39,774 nt of DNA. Origin: Candidatus Eiseniibacteriota bacterium. GTDB lineage: Bacteria > Eisenbacteria > RBG-16-71-46. The stretch spans positions 1 to 39,774 of the forward strand of contig JBGAOA010000040.1 in assembly GCA_044222065.1 (NCBI GenBank). The letters run 5' to 3'. How positions within the stretch are numbered: position 1 is the first letter of the stretch; the number at the start of each line of letters is the position of its first letter. The notes below the pieces were generated by a model. It saw only the letters and a program-made list of their open reading frames with translations. It was not told the origin of the DNA and made no database searches. This document shows positions 11,692 through 20,447 of this stretch, piece after piece. The position numbers were made by a program, and so were the translations under genes.

Positions 11692-14600
11692 TTGATCACC
11701 GCGAACTTGCCGACGTGCGTGCCGAGGCCCGGCGCGTCCACGTGGAACAGGTAGAGCCCGGGCGCGACGTCGAGGTTGTCCTCGTTGCGCAGGTCCCACG
11801 CGACGAATCCCGCGCTCGTGCCGTCCTGGTGCAGCGTGCGGACGAGTCCGCCGCGCACCGTGTAGATGCGGATCGTCGAGCCGAGCGGCACGGAGCGGAA
11901 CTCGATGCGGCGGTCGCCGCGCCCCGCGGTCGCCGTCCGCTGCGGCTCGAAGCTCGCGGCGCCGACGTAGGGGTTCGGGACCACGTACGGACGCTCGCCC
12001 CACTGGTCCTGCGCGAGCGTGCGATCCACGTACTGCCCCTTCGTCGTGAAGCGGTACATGTCGTTGTCTCCGAGCGGCAGCACGAGCTTCACGTCGAGCG
12101 TGTCGCCCGCGTGGGGGCGCACCGCCGGGACCGGGAAGCGCGGATCGAAGTCCACGCGCCAGGTCGCGTCGAACTGCGACGGCGTCGCGCCCTTGAAGGG
12201 CAGCACGAGGTCGAAGTACTCGCTGGACTGGTCGAGGTAGCCGTTGTTGTTGAGATCCTGGAAGCGGATGTCCACCTGCCGGGGGCCCGAGTCGGTCTTC
12301 ACGTACACGAGGAAGCGCGAGACGTGGCGCAGCACGGGCGACAACTGGAGCCCCGTGTCGCGCACCGCGTCGTCGAAGACGACGTAGAAATCCTCGGGGT
12401 ATCCGGGCCGCCGCCGGTTCGCGCTGCGCCCCGGCTGGTACGTCACGCGGAAGCGCGCGTCGCTCGTGCCGCCCGTGCGGAGCTTCACGCTCGCCGAGTC
12501 CACGGTCGGCACCGCCTGCGTGTACACGACCGGCAGCAGGCCGCCGCCCGCGACGCCGACGCCCGCGCTGTCGAAGTCGGCGCCGTTGTCGAGCAGGGTG
12601 CGGCCTCCCGCCACGGTCGTGTCCACGAGCACGTAGCGCCCGGCGCGCACGCTGTCGGGCGCCGGCGCGTGGAAGCGCAGCACGAACTCGTGACCGTCCG
12701 GCACCGAGTCCGTGCCGACGACCTCGACGCGCACGTTGCCCGTGCCCTTGCCCGAGAATTTCTCGAGCGACCCCGCGGAGGCGCGCGTGAAGCCCGGGGC
12801 GCGCCGGTTCGGCCGCACTTCGACGACGTTCGACGGATACAGGAACCCGCCGCGCGGCGTGCCGGTCGTGAAGAACGAGTTCTCGGACGGGAAGTACACC
12901 TTCGACTCCGGCACCTCCGGCGTCGAGCCGTAGTCGTACGACGTGATCGCGTAGAAGTAGCGCTGGCCGTTCACGACGTCGGTGTCGGTCCACGTGTGCG
13001 GGATGCCGGTGTCGTCGCCCATCCAGAAGCCGACGCCCTCGACGGTGCGGCGCGTGTAGTACCCGCGCAGGCTGTCGGCGAGGTCGAACTGGACGAGCGG
13101 CCTGCCGGGCAGCGTCGAGGGATTGCCCTGCCCGGTCGTGAGCACCTTCACGTCGCGGAAGTCGGGATCGGTCGAGCGGTAGATCTTGTAACCCTCGAAG
13201 TCGCGCTTGTGCGTGACCGGGTCCACCGAACGCTCGGCGACGTCGTTCCACGACAGCTTCACGAAGCCGTCGCCGGGCTCGGCCGTGAGCGTCGGCAGGT
13301 GCGGCGCGACCGCGAACTGGTAGTTCGCGTCGTAGATCTGCTGCACGGTGCGCACGTTCGTGCGGAGTTCCGAGAGGTCGGCGCCGTAGGCGAGCGCGAG
13401 GCTGAAGCGCTCGGTCGCGCCCGCGGGCAGGCGGAACGGCCCCGACGCGAACAGGAACGCGATGTTGTAGTTCTCGACGAGCGCCGAATCGAAGCGCGCG
13501 GCGGGATTGGGATCGGAGAACTTGTTGTAGAGGCGCTCGGGCCAGTGCTGGCCGTCCTCGTAGAACACGATGCCGTCCACCGTGCGGTCGACGTTGTTCG
13601 GATCCGCCTTGATGCGGTTGAGCTTGAAGCCCGTGAGGCCGATCTGGTCCGACTCGTTGAGGTCGGTGCGGCCGAAGTTCGGTTCGCCCTGCGTCGGCGC
13701 GCCGTCCCCTTCGCCCGTGTCGTGCGTGTCCTCGAGCCCGTCGGCGCCGACGTCGTCGAACTGCGGATCCCAGTCCATGTCCTCGTCGCCCGGGTACCAG
13801 ATGCCGGCAATGAACGCGGGCCGCAGATCGAGAGCGCCGTAGCTCGCCACGAACTTCGTCGTGTCGTAGCGGCCGTCGTGGAACGCGGCGCGAATCGCGT
13901 CCGCGCCGACGAACGGCGTGCCCGGACCGTTGACGCGGCTTTCGTTCCGCAGGCCGTCGCCGTCGTTGTCGAGCCCGTCGTACTCGTTGCCCGGCGTCTC
14001 GAGGTACGCGTAGCCGAGGTAGCCGGTGCGCTCGCAGCCGAGCAGGTCCACGCCGCGCCCGCGCTTGTCCCACGTGTAGACGAGGTTCAGTCCGGCGTTG
14101 CGGTCCCAGAAGCAGTTGTCGTCGTCGGACTCGTAGACGTTGTCGCACGAGTACTCGGAGCCGCCGACGCCCGAGTCCATGTAGAGGCCGAAGACGATGT
14201 TGTCGTTGTAGTCGGTCGTGCTCTCGTTCGTGATGTCGTAGTGCCAGAAGATCACGTTTCCGGCCTGCGGATTCGACCACTGGAACCCGCGCACCTCGAC
14301 CCGCAGGCCGAGGCCGTGCCGCGTCGAGTCGCGCGTGTCCGGGATGTACGGCAGCGTGAAGTACGCGTCGTCGTCCATCACCGTGAAGCTCTCCTGATCC
14401 GCGGCGGGGCGCTTGCCGAAGTAGCCGTTCCACGCGCCCGACCAGCCGGGATCGTCGCCGGAGTCGAGCTTGTCGGGCCAGAACGACGGCCACGTGCGCG
14501 AGTCGCTGCTGATCGCGGGCGAGTTCGCCGAGTTCGTGCGCGGATCGTCGTTGAAGTAGCCGGGCCGCGGCTCGAAGCGCAGTTGGCGCTCCTCGAACGG

Positions 14601-14972
14601 GCTGCGCTCCTGGCGCTCCCGGAAACCCGTCTCCATGTGGTACTGCGTGCCGCCGAAGCGGTCCGTGATGCGCGCGAGCACGAACGGCGTGATGCCGTCC
14701 GTGTAGTTCATGCCGCTGCCCTTCGGCACCTCGGCCGAATGGAACAGCGCGAGGTTCGCGTCGCCCGGATTCGACGGGTAGTCCCCGACCATGCCCCAGT
14801 TGTAGAAGCGCGTGCGGATGTTCGCCGCGTCGTGCTGCCCGAGGCGCTCCGCCGAGATCTTGCCGCGCTGCGGCGCCGGCACCGGCGTGGGCACCGCCGC
14901 GCGCGCCGCGGTCGCGACGAGCGCCGCGGCCGCGAGCAGGGCGAGGCCCGCCGCCATCGTCTTCGAGCCCAT
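11688..14972 (-). CDS. Large secreted hypothetical protein (~1090 aa) with Asp-rich Ca-binding-like motifs, an Fn3-like domain and a CTD ending KFAVIK
   Basis: ATG at 14972 has a GGGAAGGGA RBS; an alternative start at 15005 overlaps the TBDR stop. Signal peptide, DGLDNDGDG, DDVGADG..DTGEGDG, Fn3-like VKLSW..FEGYKIYRS..YFYAITSYD, CTD VVPNPY..IRIYTVRGGLV..WDLRNED..APGLYLFHV..GKFAVIK. Confidence 0.8.
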   Translation of the reverse strand: MGSKTMAAGLALLAAAALVATAARAAVPTPVPAPQRGKISAERLGQHDAANIRTRFYNWGMVGDYPSNPGDANLALFHSAEVPKGSGMNYTDGITPFVLARITDRFGGTQYHMETGFRERQERSPFEERQLRFEPRPGYFNDDPRTNSANSPAISSDSRTWPSFWPDKLDSGDDPGWSGAWNGYFGKRPAADQESFTVMDDDAYFTLPYIPDTRDSTRHGLGLRVEVRGFQWSNPQAGNVIFWHYDITNESTTDYNDNIVFGLYMDSGVGGSEYSCDNVYESDDDNCFWDRNAGLNLVYTWDKRGRGVDLLGCERTGYLGYAYLETPGNEYDGLDNDGDGLRNESRVNGPGTPFVGADAIRAAFHDGRYDTTKFVASYGALDLRPAFIAGIWYPGDEDMDWDPQFDDVGADGLEDTHDTGEGDGAPTQGEPNFGRTDLNESDQIGLTGFKLNRIKADPNNVDRTVDGIVFYEDGQHWPERLYNKFSDPNPAARFDSALVENYNIAFLFASGPFRLPAGATERFSLALAYGADLSELRTNVRTVQQIYDANYQFAVAPHLPTLTAEPGDGFVKLSWNDVAERSVDPVTHKRDFEGYKIYRSTDPDFRDVKVLTTGQGNPSTLPGRPLVQFDLADSLRGYYTRRTVEGVGFWMGDDTGIPHTWTDTDVVNGQRYFYAITSYDYGSTPEVPESKVYFPSENSFFTTGTPRGGFLYPSNVVEVRPNRRAPGFTRASAGSLEKFSGKGTGNVRVEVVGTDSVPDGHEFVLRFHAPAPDSVRAGRYVLVDTTVAGGRTLLDNGADFDSAGVGVAGGGLLPVVYTQAVPTVDSASVKLRTGGTSDARFRVTYQPGRSANRRRPGYPEDFYVVFDDAVRDTGLQLSPVLRHVSRFLVYVKTDSGPRQVDIRFQDLNNNGYLDQSSEYFDLVLPFKGATPSQFDATWRVDFDPRFPVPAVRPHAGDTLDVKLVLPLGDNDMYRFTTKGQYVDRTLAQDQWGERPYVVPNPYVGAASFEPQRTATAGRGDRRIEFRSVPLGSTIRIYTVRGGLVRTLHQDGTSAGFVAWDLRNEDNLDVAPGLYLFHVDAPGLGTHVGKFAVIK

Positions 14973-15004
14973 CACTCGCTGTCCCTTCCCTGTCGGCCGT
15001 CGCA

Positions 15005-17674
15005 TCACCGCGCGCTCCTCAGGTTCACGCCGATCTCGACGCGGCGCGGCTGGTAGAAGCGCGTCGCTTCGGCGAGCTTCGCCTGGTCGTGCGAAGGATC
15101 GGACGAATAGTCCACCTGACCCGAGTTCGCGAACACGAATCCGTTGAAAAAGCGCGTGTCGAACACGTTGAACACGCGCGCGAACACCTGCCCCGGCAGC
15201 CCGGCGACCTTGAACGACTTCTCGGCCCGCAGGTCCACGAGCCGCGCCGAGGGCTTGCGCGCCGAGTTGCGCGGCGTCGTGCCCCCGTACTGCGACGGCC
15301 GGTCGGGCTGGTAGGGCTGTCCGCTCGCGACGCGCACGACCGCGCTCATCGAGAACGCGTCGGGGCTCGCGAGCTGCAGCGTCACGTTGAGCGTGTGGCG
15401 CTGGTCCCAGTTGAGCGGGATGCGCTCGGGGCGCGGGTCGAGCCGCTGCTCGGCGAGATGCGCCGTCTCGAACGGATCGCTCGTGTTGCCCTGCGCGTTC
15501 TGCCACGTGTAGTCGAGCGTCGAGCTGAACAGCCCCTTCGAGCGCTGGTCGAGCGAGAGCGTGAAGCCGAGCACGTTCCCGAAGTCCACGTTCGCGAGCC
15601 GCGCGTACTGGGCCTCGTTGTAGGTGACGATGATCTCGGAGCCGAGCAGGTCGCTCACGTCCTTGTAGAACGCATTCGCGTCGAGGCCGAGCCAGTCGGT
15701 CAGCGCCTGCCGGTAGCCGAACTGGTACTGCACGGTCTTCTCGGGGCGGATGTCCGGATTGCCCATCGACGTGAAGTTCGCATCGCCCGACTGGAGGTTG
15801 TAGAGCGTGCGGTAGTTCGCGTTCTTGAACACGTCGCCGAGGCCGGGCATCTGGTAGAAGTGACCGTACGCGAAGAACACCGAGGCGTTCTTGCCGATCG
15901 GGTACGACACGCCGATGCGCGGCGAGATCGTCATCTTCGCGGTCGTCGCGACGAGCGGCGAACTCGGGGCGCCGGGGATCGAGTCGGCCGGGTTCTTCAG
16001 GTCCGCCGGCAGCGCCGACCGGGCGCTGAAGTACTCGAACCGCGCGCCGGCGCGGATCCTCAGGTCCTCGATCTCGATCTCTTCCTGCGCGAACGCGGCG
16101 CCGATTCGCGGGTGGTACGTGAGGATGCCGGGCTTGAAAGGCTCGGCCGCGGCGAAGTGGTCCACCGTGAGCTGTCCCGACGCGACGACGTAGCCGGGAT
16201 CGCCGAACTCGAGCGTCGGCCACTGGAACTCGCCTCCGAACTGGAGCTCGTTCGTCGCGTTGAGCTGCGTGACGAACTTGCCCTTGAGGATCGGCGCGTT
16301 CGTCACCTGGCGGAAGCGGCCGAGGTCCACACCCTGCACGTACGCGCCCTCCTCGAGGACGGGATCGCCGTGCAGCGGACCGGCCGCGTCGTAGTTGCCG
16401 TCGAGGTAGCTCTCGTACGCCATGTCGGTATAGCGGAAATAGTTCTGGCGCAGGCTCAGCGTGTAGTACGTGGACGGCGCGAGCGTGTGCGTCCAGTCGA
16501 GCCCGTGCGTGATCGAGAACGTGTTCTGCGTCTTCGCACCGTCGGGCAGGTAGCGGAACGCCCACTCGGCCTTGCGTGCCTCGATCGCGTTCACGATCGC
16601 CTGATAGCTCAGGTTCAGATCCTTGAGGCTGCGGTTGTCGAGCTTCGCGATCGCCGACCACTCACGCGTGTAGCCGAGCGGTTCGCGCGCCCCGTCGCCC
16701 GTCGGGAAGAAATAGTGGTTCTCGAAGTCGGCGCGGTCGGTGATGTTGAAGATCCGCCAGCCGCGCAGGTAGTCGCGGTTGATCGCGCGCCGCACGTTCG
16801 TGAGGAACGTCGTCGCGGGCAGGCCCGTCGGGCCGGTGAGGCTGAACTGGTAGTTCTGCGCGTCGTTCGCGTCCACCTTCGATGTGAAGTCGAAGAAGTC
16901 GCCGCCGTAGTCGCGCGGCTTGGCGTCGAACGCCCACGCGCCACGGTAGATCTCGCCGTCCCATTCGAACTTGTCGCTGCCCTTGCGCAGCACGGCGTTC
17001 ACGACGCCCGACAGCGCCTGGCCGTACTCGGCGTCGAAGGTGCCGCTGATGACCTGCACTTCCTCGAGCAGCGAGCGGTCGAGCCGCAGCGTGGACTTGT
17101 TGTCGTACGCGTTGTTCACGCTGACGCCGTCCACCTGGTACTGCACTTCGCCCACGCGCCCGCCGCGGAAGTGCCCGTCCACGACGCCGGCTTGCAGGTT
17201 CACGACGTCGGCGAGTTCCTGCACCGGCAGCTTCGCGATCTCGCTGCGCGACACGGCGACGGCGGAACTCGTGAGCTTCAGGTCCACGACCGGACGCTCG
17301 GCCGTGACGACGACTTCCTTCATGTCCACCGGCGCCACGTCCATCTCGCGATCGACTCGAGCGATGTTGTCCGCCGAGACGATCACGTCCTTCACCATCT
17401 GCGTCTGGTAGCCGAGCAGCGCGAGCCGCACCTCGTACGAGCCCGGCGCGACGTTGAGGATCGTGAAGCGTCCCTGCGCGTCGGTCACGGCGCCGGTGCG
17501 CGCCGCGGGCACGACGACGTTCACGCCTTCGAGCGGCTGCTTCTTCTTGTCCACGATGCGGCCGGCGATCTTGCCCGTCGTGCCCGCGAACGCCGCGGCG
17601 ATCGCGAACGACACGCCGAACACGGCGACCAGCGCGAACCGCAAGACCCGCACTCCCACCTCCCGAACGCTCAT
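15005..17674 (-). CDS. TonB-dependent receptor with N-terminal carboxypeptidase-regulatory-like domain
   Basis: Signal peptide, GKIAGRIVD..GVNVVV..G.F.ILNV.PG.Y, plug HFRGGRVGEVQYQVDG, GTFDAEYG, ISPRIGVSYP, GNPDIRPEKT, FNVFD. Confidence 0.92.
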   Translation of the reverse strand: MSVREVGVRVLRFALVAVFGVSFAIAAAFAGTTGKIAGRIVDKKKQPLEGVNVVVPAARTGAVTDAQGRFTILNVAPGSYEVRLALLGYQTQMVKDVIVSADNIARVDREMDVAPVDMKEVVVTAERPVVDLKLTSSAVAVSRSEIAKLPVQELADVVNLQAGVVDGHFRGGRVGEVQYQVDGVSVNNAYDNKSTLRLDRSLLEEVQVISGTFDAEYGQALSGVVNAVLRKGSDKFEWDGEIYRGAWAFDAKPRDYGGDFFDFTSKVDANDAQNYQFSLTGPTGLPATTFLTNVRRAINRDYLRGWRIFNITDRADFENHYFFPTGDGAREPLGYTREWSAIAKLDNRSLKDLNLSYQAIVNAIEARKAEWAFRYLPDGAKTQNTFSITHGLDWTHTLAPSTYYTLSLRQNYFRYTDMAYESYLDGNYDAAGPLHGDPVLEEGAYVQGVDLGRFRQVTNAPILKGKFVTQLNATNELQFGGEFQWPTLEFGDPGYVVASGQLTVDHFAAAEPFKPGILTYHPRIGAAFAQEEIEIEDLRIRAGARFEYFSARSALPADLKNPADSIPGAPSSPLVATTAKMTISPRIGVSYPIGKNASVFFAYGHFYQMPGLGDVFKNANYRTLYNLQSGDANFTSMGNPDIRPEKTVQYQFGYRQALTDWLGLDANAFYKDVSDLLGSEIIVTYNEAQYARLANVDFGNVLGFTLSLDQRSKGLFSSTLDYTWQNAQGNTSDPFETAHLAEQRLDPRPERIPLNWDQRHTLNVTLQLASPDAFSMSAVVRVASGQPYQPDRPSQYGGTTPRNSARKPSARLVDLRAEKSFKVAGLPGQVFARVFNVFDTRFFNGFVFANSGQVDYSSDPSHDQAKLAEATRFYQPRRVEIGVNLRSAR

Positions 17675-17719
17675 CCTTTCGCCATCCTCACGCTTGGTCC
17701 GGCACGGGACACGACGGCA

Positions 17720-17743
17720 GAGCGGACCCGCGAGGGCCCGCTC
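17720..17743 (-). other. Intercistronic stem-loop between the first gene and the TBDR
   Basis: Minus strand GAGCGGGCCC-TCGC-GGGTCCGCTC (10-bp stem, one G-U pair). No U-tract. Confidence 0.5.
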
Positions 17744-17764
17744 CGCCGCGTGAGACCGGATCTC

Positions 17765-19651
17765 CTAATCCACGAACATCAGCTTGCCGGACACCGAAGA
17801 CTTGGGCTGGCCGCTGAGCGGATCGGAGAAGCGGATGCGAGCCAGATAGAGGCCGGTGGCGAGTCCCTGACGCGGAATCAGGGCCTGTCGGACGCCGGGC
17901 GAATGTACTCCCAGCGCCTTCGTCGCCACGAGACGGCCCTGGACGTCGAACAGCTCGAGATCGGCGCGGCTCGGAGTCGGAACCGAGAAGCGCAGGTTCG
18001 CGAACGTGCGCGCGGGATTCGGCACGGAGCCGAGCAGCGCGAAGTCCGCCGACAACGGGCCCTCGTCGCCGACGCCGGCGACGAGTTGCAGGCTCGGGTC
18101 CATGTACGCCCACGGCGAGCAGCAGGAGGTCTCGTACTCGCGCGCCCAGTGCGTGCGCGTCCCGTAGCTGTCCGTGAACGGGGTCCACGAATCGCCGTCG
18201 AGGTGGTTGAGCCCGATGAACACGATGCCGTCCCCGCGGCCCGACGGATAGCCGAGCTTGGTCAGGTCGATCACCATTTCGGCGGTGTAGCCCTCGTCGA
18301 AGTCGAGGCCGAGCGTGTCGACGGTCGTGTTGGGCTTGAGCTGGCCGCGCACGCGCGCGCCGACCGTCGGAATCGCGAGGTCGTCCGAGGGAATGAACGT
18401 GCCGCCGGTACCGACGCGGAACGACAGGCGCCGGCCGAGAAGAACGTTGTCCACGTTCACCGCCTGGCGCTCCTGGATGCTCACGATCATCCCGTCCCAG
18501 CGATCGAAGAACGGGCTGTTGCCGACCGCGAGATCCTGGACGTCGAAGCCGAAGTAGAGCGAGTCGCCCTTGAAGAAGTACTTCACGGTGCAGAGATTCG
18601 GATCGATGACGGGCGCCGTGCTCGCGTTCACCGTCGGCTGGTACTGCCCGGCGCGCCAGCGCATGAGACCCGGGTACGAGTCGCGCAGCACGTCATTGCC
18701 GTACTGCATCTGGATGCTCGGCGCGAGCCCCCACACCGGATCGTTCAGATTGCCGTCGATGACGGGCGCCGCGGCGCCGCCGGCGCTCGGAATGCGGAAC
18801 TCGGGCGCGAGCGAGGACGCGGGCACCGGTCCCGAGGTCACGGTCACGCTCGGCTTCGCCATCAGGCGGACTTCGTTGTAGCTCGCGTTGTTTCCCCACG
18901 GGCCCTGGAACCAGGTGCGGTTCGCGCTGAACTGCGGGATCAGCGGCCAGAACCAGTCACAGTCGTACACGGAGACGTTCCACTCCACCGTGTCGCCGTC
19001 GGCCGTCGTGATGTCGTAGCCCTCGGGCGTGAGGTTGAAGCGCATCTCGGTCACGTACTTCGTATCGTTGACGGCATCGGTGTTCGAAGTGCCGGTCACG
19101 ACCGTCGCGGCGTCCCACGCGTCGATCTGCTCGGGCGTCCGCGGCGTCGTGCCGCTGCCCCACTTGCCACGGAACGACGGTCCGAGCCCGGCGGGCAGCG
19201 GAGACGTCAGCTCGGGATACCACCACGAGTAGAAGTACTCGTCCGGCGGCGCGGGGTGCGAGCCGCTCAGGTGGTCCTTGATCGCCATGAGGAAACCGTC
19301 GAAGCGATTGAACGTCGGATCGCCGCCGATCGACTTATCGAAGACCGTGGCGCCCATGTAGATCTGATTGTCCTTCGCCAGCACCTTGATCACGGCGTAG
19401 GTCGGATCGCTCGGAAGCGTTCCGCCCTCGGCGCGGAAGCCGCTGCCGGGAATGCCCGTGACCGTCGCCCATTGCACGACCACCGATTCGGCGAGGGCCC
19501 ACTCGGGCTCGCTCAAGACGCCGTCGAGCGTAATCGGGGCGCCGTTCGTGAAGCGCGCCCACAGCACGTCCGGGCGGCCAGACTGCGCCCACGACGTCGT
19601 GGCGACGATGAGCAGCGAACAGACAGCGATGGTGGTTCTCAACGTCTTCAT
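17765..19651 (-). CDS. Secreted protein with two CBM9/DOMON-like sugar-binding domains and a T9SS-type CTD, 628 aa
   Basis: Start MKTLRTTIAVCSLLIVATTSWA with a GAGGG RBS. Internal repeat ITLDGVLSEPEW / VIDGNLNDPVW. CTD PNPA..LELFDVQGRLV..TGLYLARI..KLMFVD. Confidence 0.8.
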   Translation of the reverse strand: MKTLRTTIAVCSLLIVATTSWAQSGRPDVLWARFTNGAPITLDGVLSEPEWALAESVVVQWATVTGIPGSGFRAEGGTLPSDPTYAVIKVLAKDNQIYMGATVFDKSIGGDPTFNRFDGFLMAIKDHLSGSHPAPPDEYFYSWWYPELTSPLPAGLGPSFRGKWGSGTTPRTPEQIDAWDAATVVTGTSNTDAVNDTKYVTEMRFNLTPEGYDITTADGDTVEWNVSVYDCDWFWPLIPQFSANRTWFQGPWGNNASYNEVRLMAKPSVTVTSGPVPASSLAPEFRIPSAGGAAAPVIDGNLNDPVWGLAPSIQMQYGNDVLRDSYPGLMRWRAGQYQPTVNASTAPVIDPNLCTVKYFFKGDSLYFGFDVQDLAVGNSPFFDRWDGMIVSIQERQAVNVDNVLLGRRLSFRVGTGGTFIPSDDLAIPTVGARVRGQLKPNTTVDTLGLDFDEGYTAEMVIDLTKLGYPSGRGDGIVFIGLNHLDGDSWTPFTDSYGTRTHWAREYETSCCSPWAYMDPSLQLVAGVGDEGPLSADFALLGSVPNPARTFANLRFSVPTPSRADLELFDVQGRLVATKALGVHSPGVRQALIPRQGLATGLYLARIRFSDPLSGQPKSSVSGKLMFVD

Positions 19652-19920
19652 GCTCGAACCCTCTTGCGCTGCGGTTGCGAGGTGAGTGCGGAACGCTTCG
19701 AGCCGGACGACGCGCGAGCGATGCGAAACCGGATCGAGAGCGCCACGAAGGAAACCGGTGCTGCGAGACGGCGCGAGCGGGGCCTTGCGCGAGCGGGACG
19801 TCGGTCCATCGACGACGGATCGCGATCCCTTGGAGTGCGACGCGTCCAGCCGATACGGCGCGAGAGGGCGGGCGGGTCGGGAGTGCCTCGAGCAAGAATT
19901 CGCTGCCGCGCCGGCAGCAA

Positions 19921-19934
19921 TGAAAACGGTTACA
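19921..19934. promoter_or_regulatory. LacI-family operator O1 (TGAAAACGGTTACA)
   Basis: 14-bp imperfect palindrome with central CG, fitting the LacI/GalR/CcpA pattern TGnnAnCGnTnnCA. An AT-rich island upstream of the operon that encodes the LacI. Confidence 0.75.
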
Positions 19935-19954
19935 CAGAGAGGGATGATCGTCAA
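19926..19954 (-). promoter_or_regulatory. Putative sigma70 promoter of the glycan operon
   Basis: TTGACG (19954-19949), 16 nt, then TAACCGT preceded by TG. The -10 is non-consensus and lies within O1. Confidence 0.5.
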
Positions 19955-20182
19955 CAACTTGTTTCGAACAGGTCGCTTCGCCCCGACGGAGCGATCCGTG
20001 ATTCCGACTTCGACGCCGTCCCGATCCTCCCCGCCACCACTATCAATGAGCGAATGAGGGGCGGCGGGCTGCTCATCCGAGCACTCGAGACACGGAAACG
20101 AGCCTTCGCGCGACGATCGGACCGAGATCGCGTGCCGCGGGAGGCGAAAAACCCGTCGGGAGCGTTTCAGCGAATCTTTTCG

Positions 20183-20209
20183 TTGACAGTTACTTGCGAC
20201 TCATGAAAT
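20183..20209 (+). promoter_or_regulatory. Putative sigma70 promoter for the divergent unit
   Basis: Perfect TTGACA at 20183-20188. The expected -10 position falls within operator O2 and is weak (TGAAAT). Confidence 0.55.
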
Positions 20210-20218
20210 CGTTTTCAT
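20203..20218. promoter_or_regulatory. LacI-family operator O2 (ATGAAATCGTTTTCAT)
   Basis: 16-bp palindrome with one mismatched pair and central CG, similar to O1. Confidence 0.75.
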
Positions 20219-20330
20219 CAACGGAAGTGAGTGGCCTCCACCTCGCGTGCCGCACTTCGACGCGTCCGTGGTCCCCCGCACTCGGCCTCCTCAAGGTAGT
20301 GCGCCGGATCAACTCGAAGCACCGGATTGC

Positions 20331-20387
20331 GCCGAACCGCGAGAACTCGGAGCTCGCTCACGTCTGAGATCGCAGTTCGGCTTTTTT
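20331..20387 (+). terminator. Intrinsic terminator-like hairpin with U6 tract, upstream of the 20448 CDS
   Basis: GCCGAACCGCGA (20331-20342) pairs with TCGCAGTTCGGC (20370-20381, one mismatch). Inner CTCGGA/TCTGAG stem, followed by TTTTTT at 20382-20387. Confidence 0.6.
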
Positions 20388-20447
20388 CATTCGTCCCGGG
20401 ATCCGCAGATCCAGACAGTGCAACATCCACCAGGAGGAACCGAGATC

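Noticed and set aside
19652..19957. 102-codon N-terminal extension of the CBM9-like gene given by the ORF track
   Set aside because: It overlaps the operator and promoter, and the ATG at 19651 has an RBS and a clean signal peptide. Treated as 5' leader, in which no riboswitch was recognised.
19958..19972. Short palindrome TGTTTCGAACA just upstream of the operon -35
   Set aside because: Single short instance matching neither the LacI-type boxes nor a motif I can name, so it may be chance.
11664..20206. Plus-strand ORFs of 1130 aa and 1705 aa
   Set aside because: Antisense shadows of the CTD protein, TBDR and CBM9-like genes, with R/V/A-rich composition and no domains.
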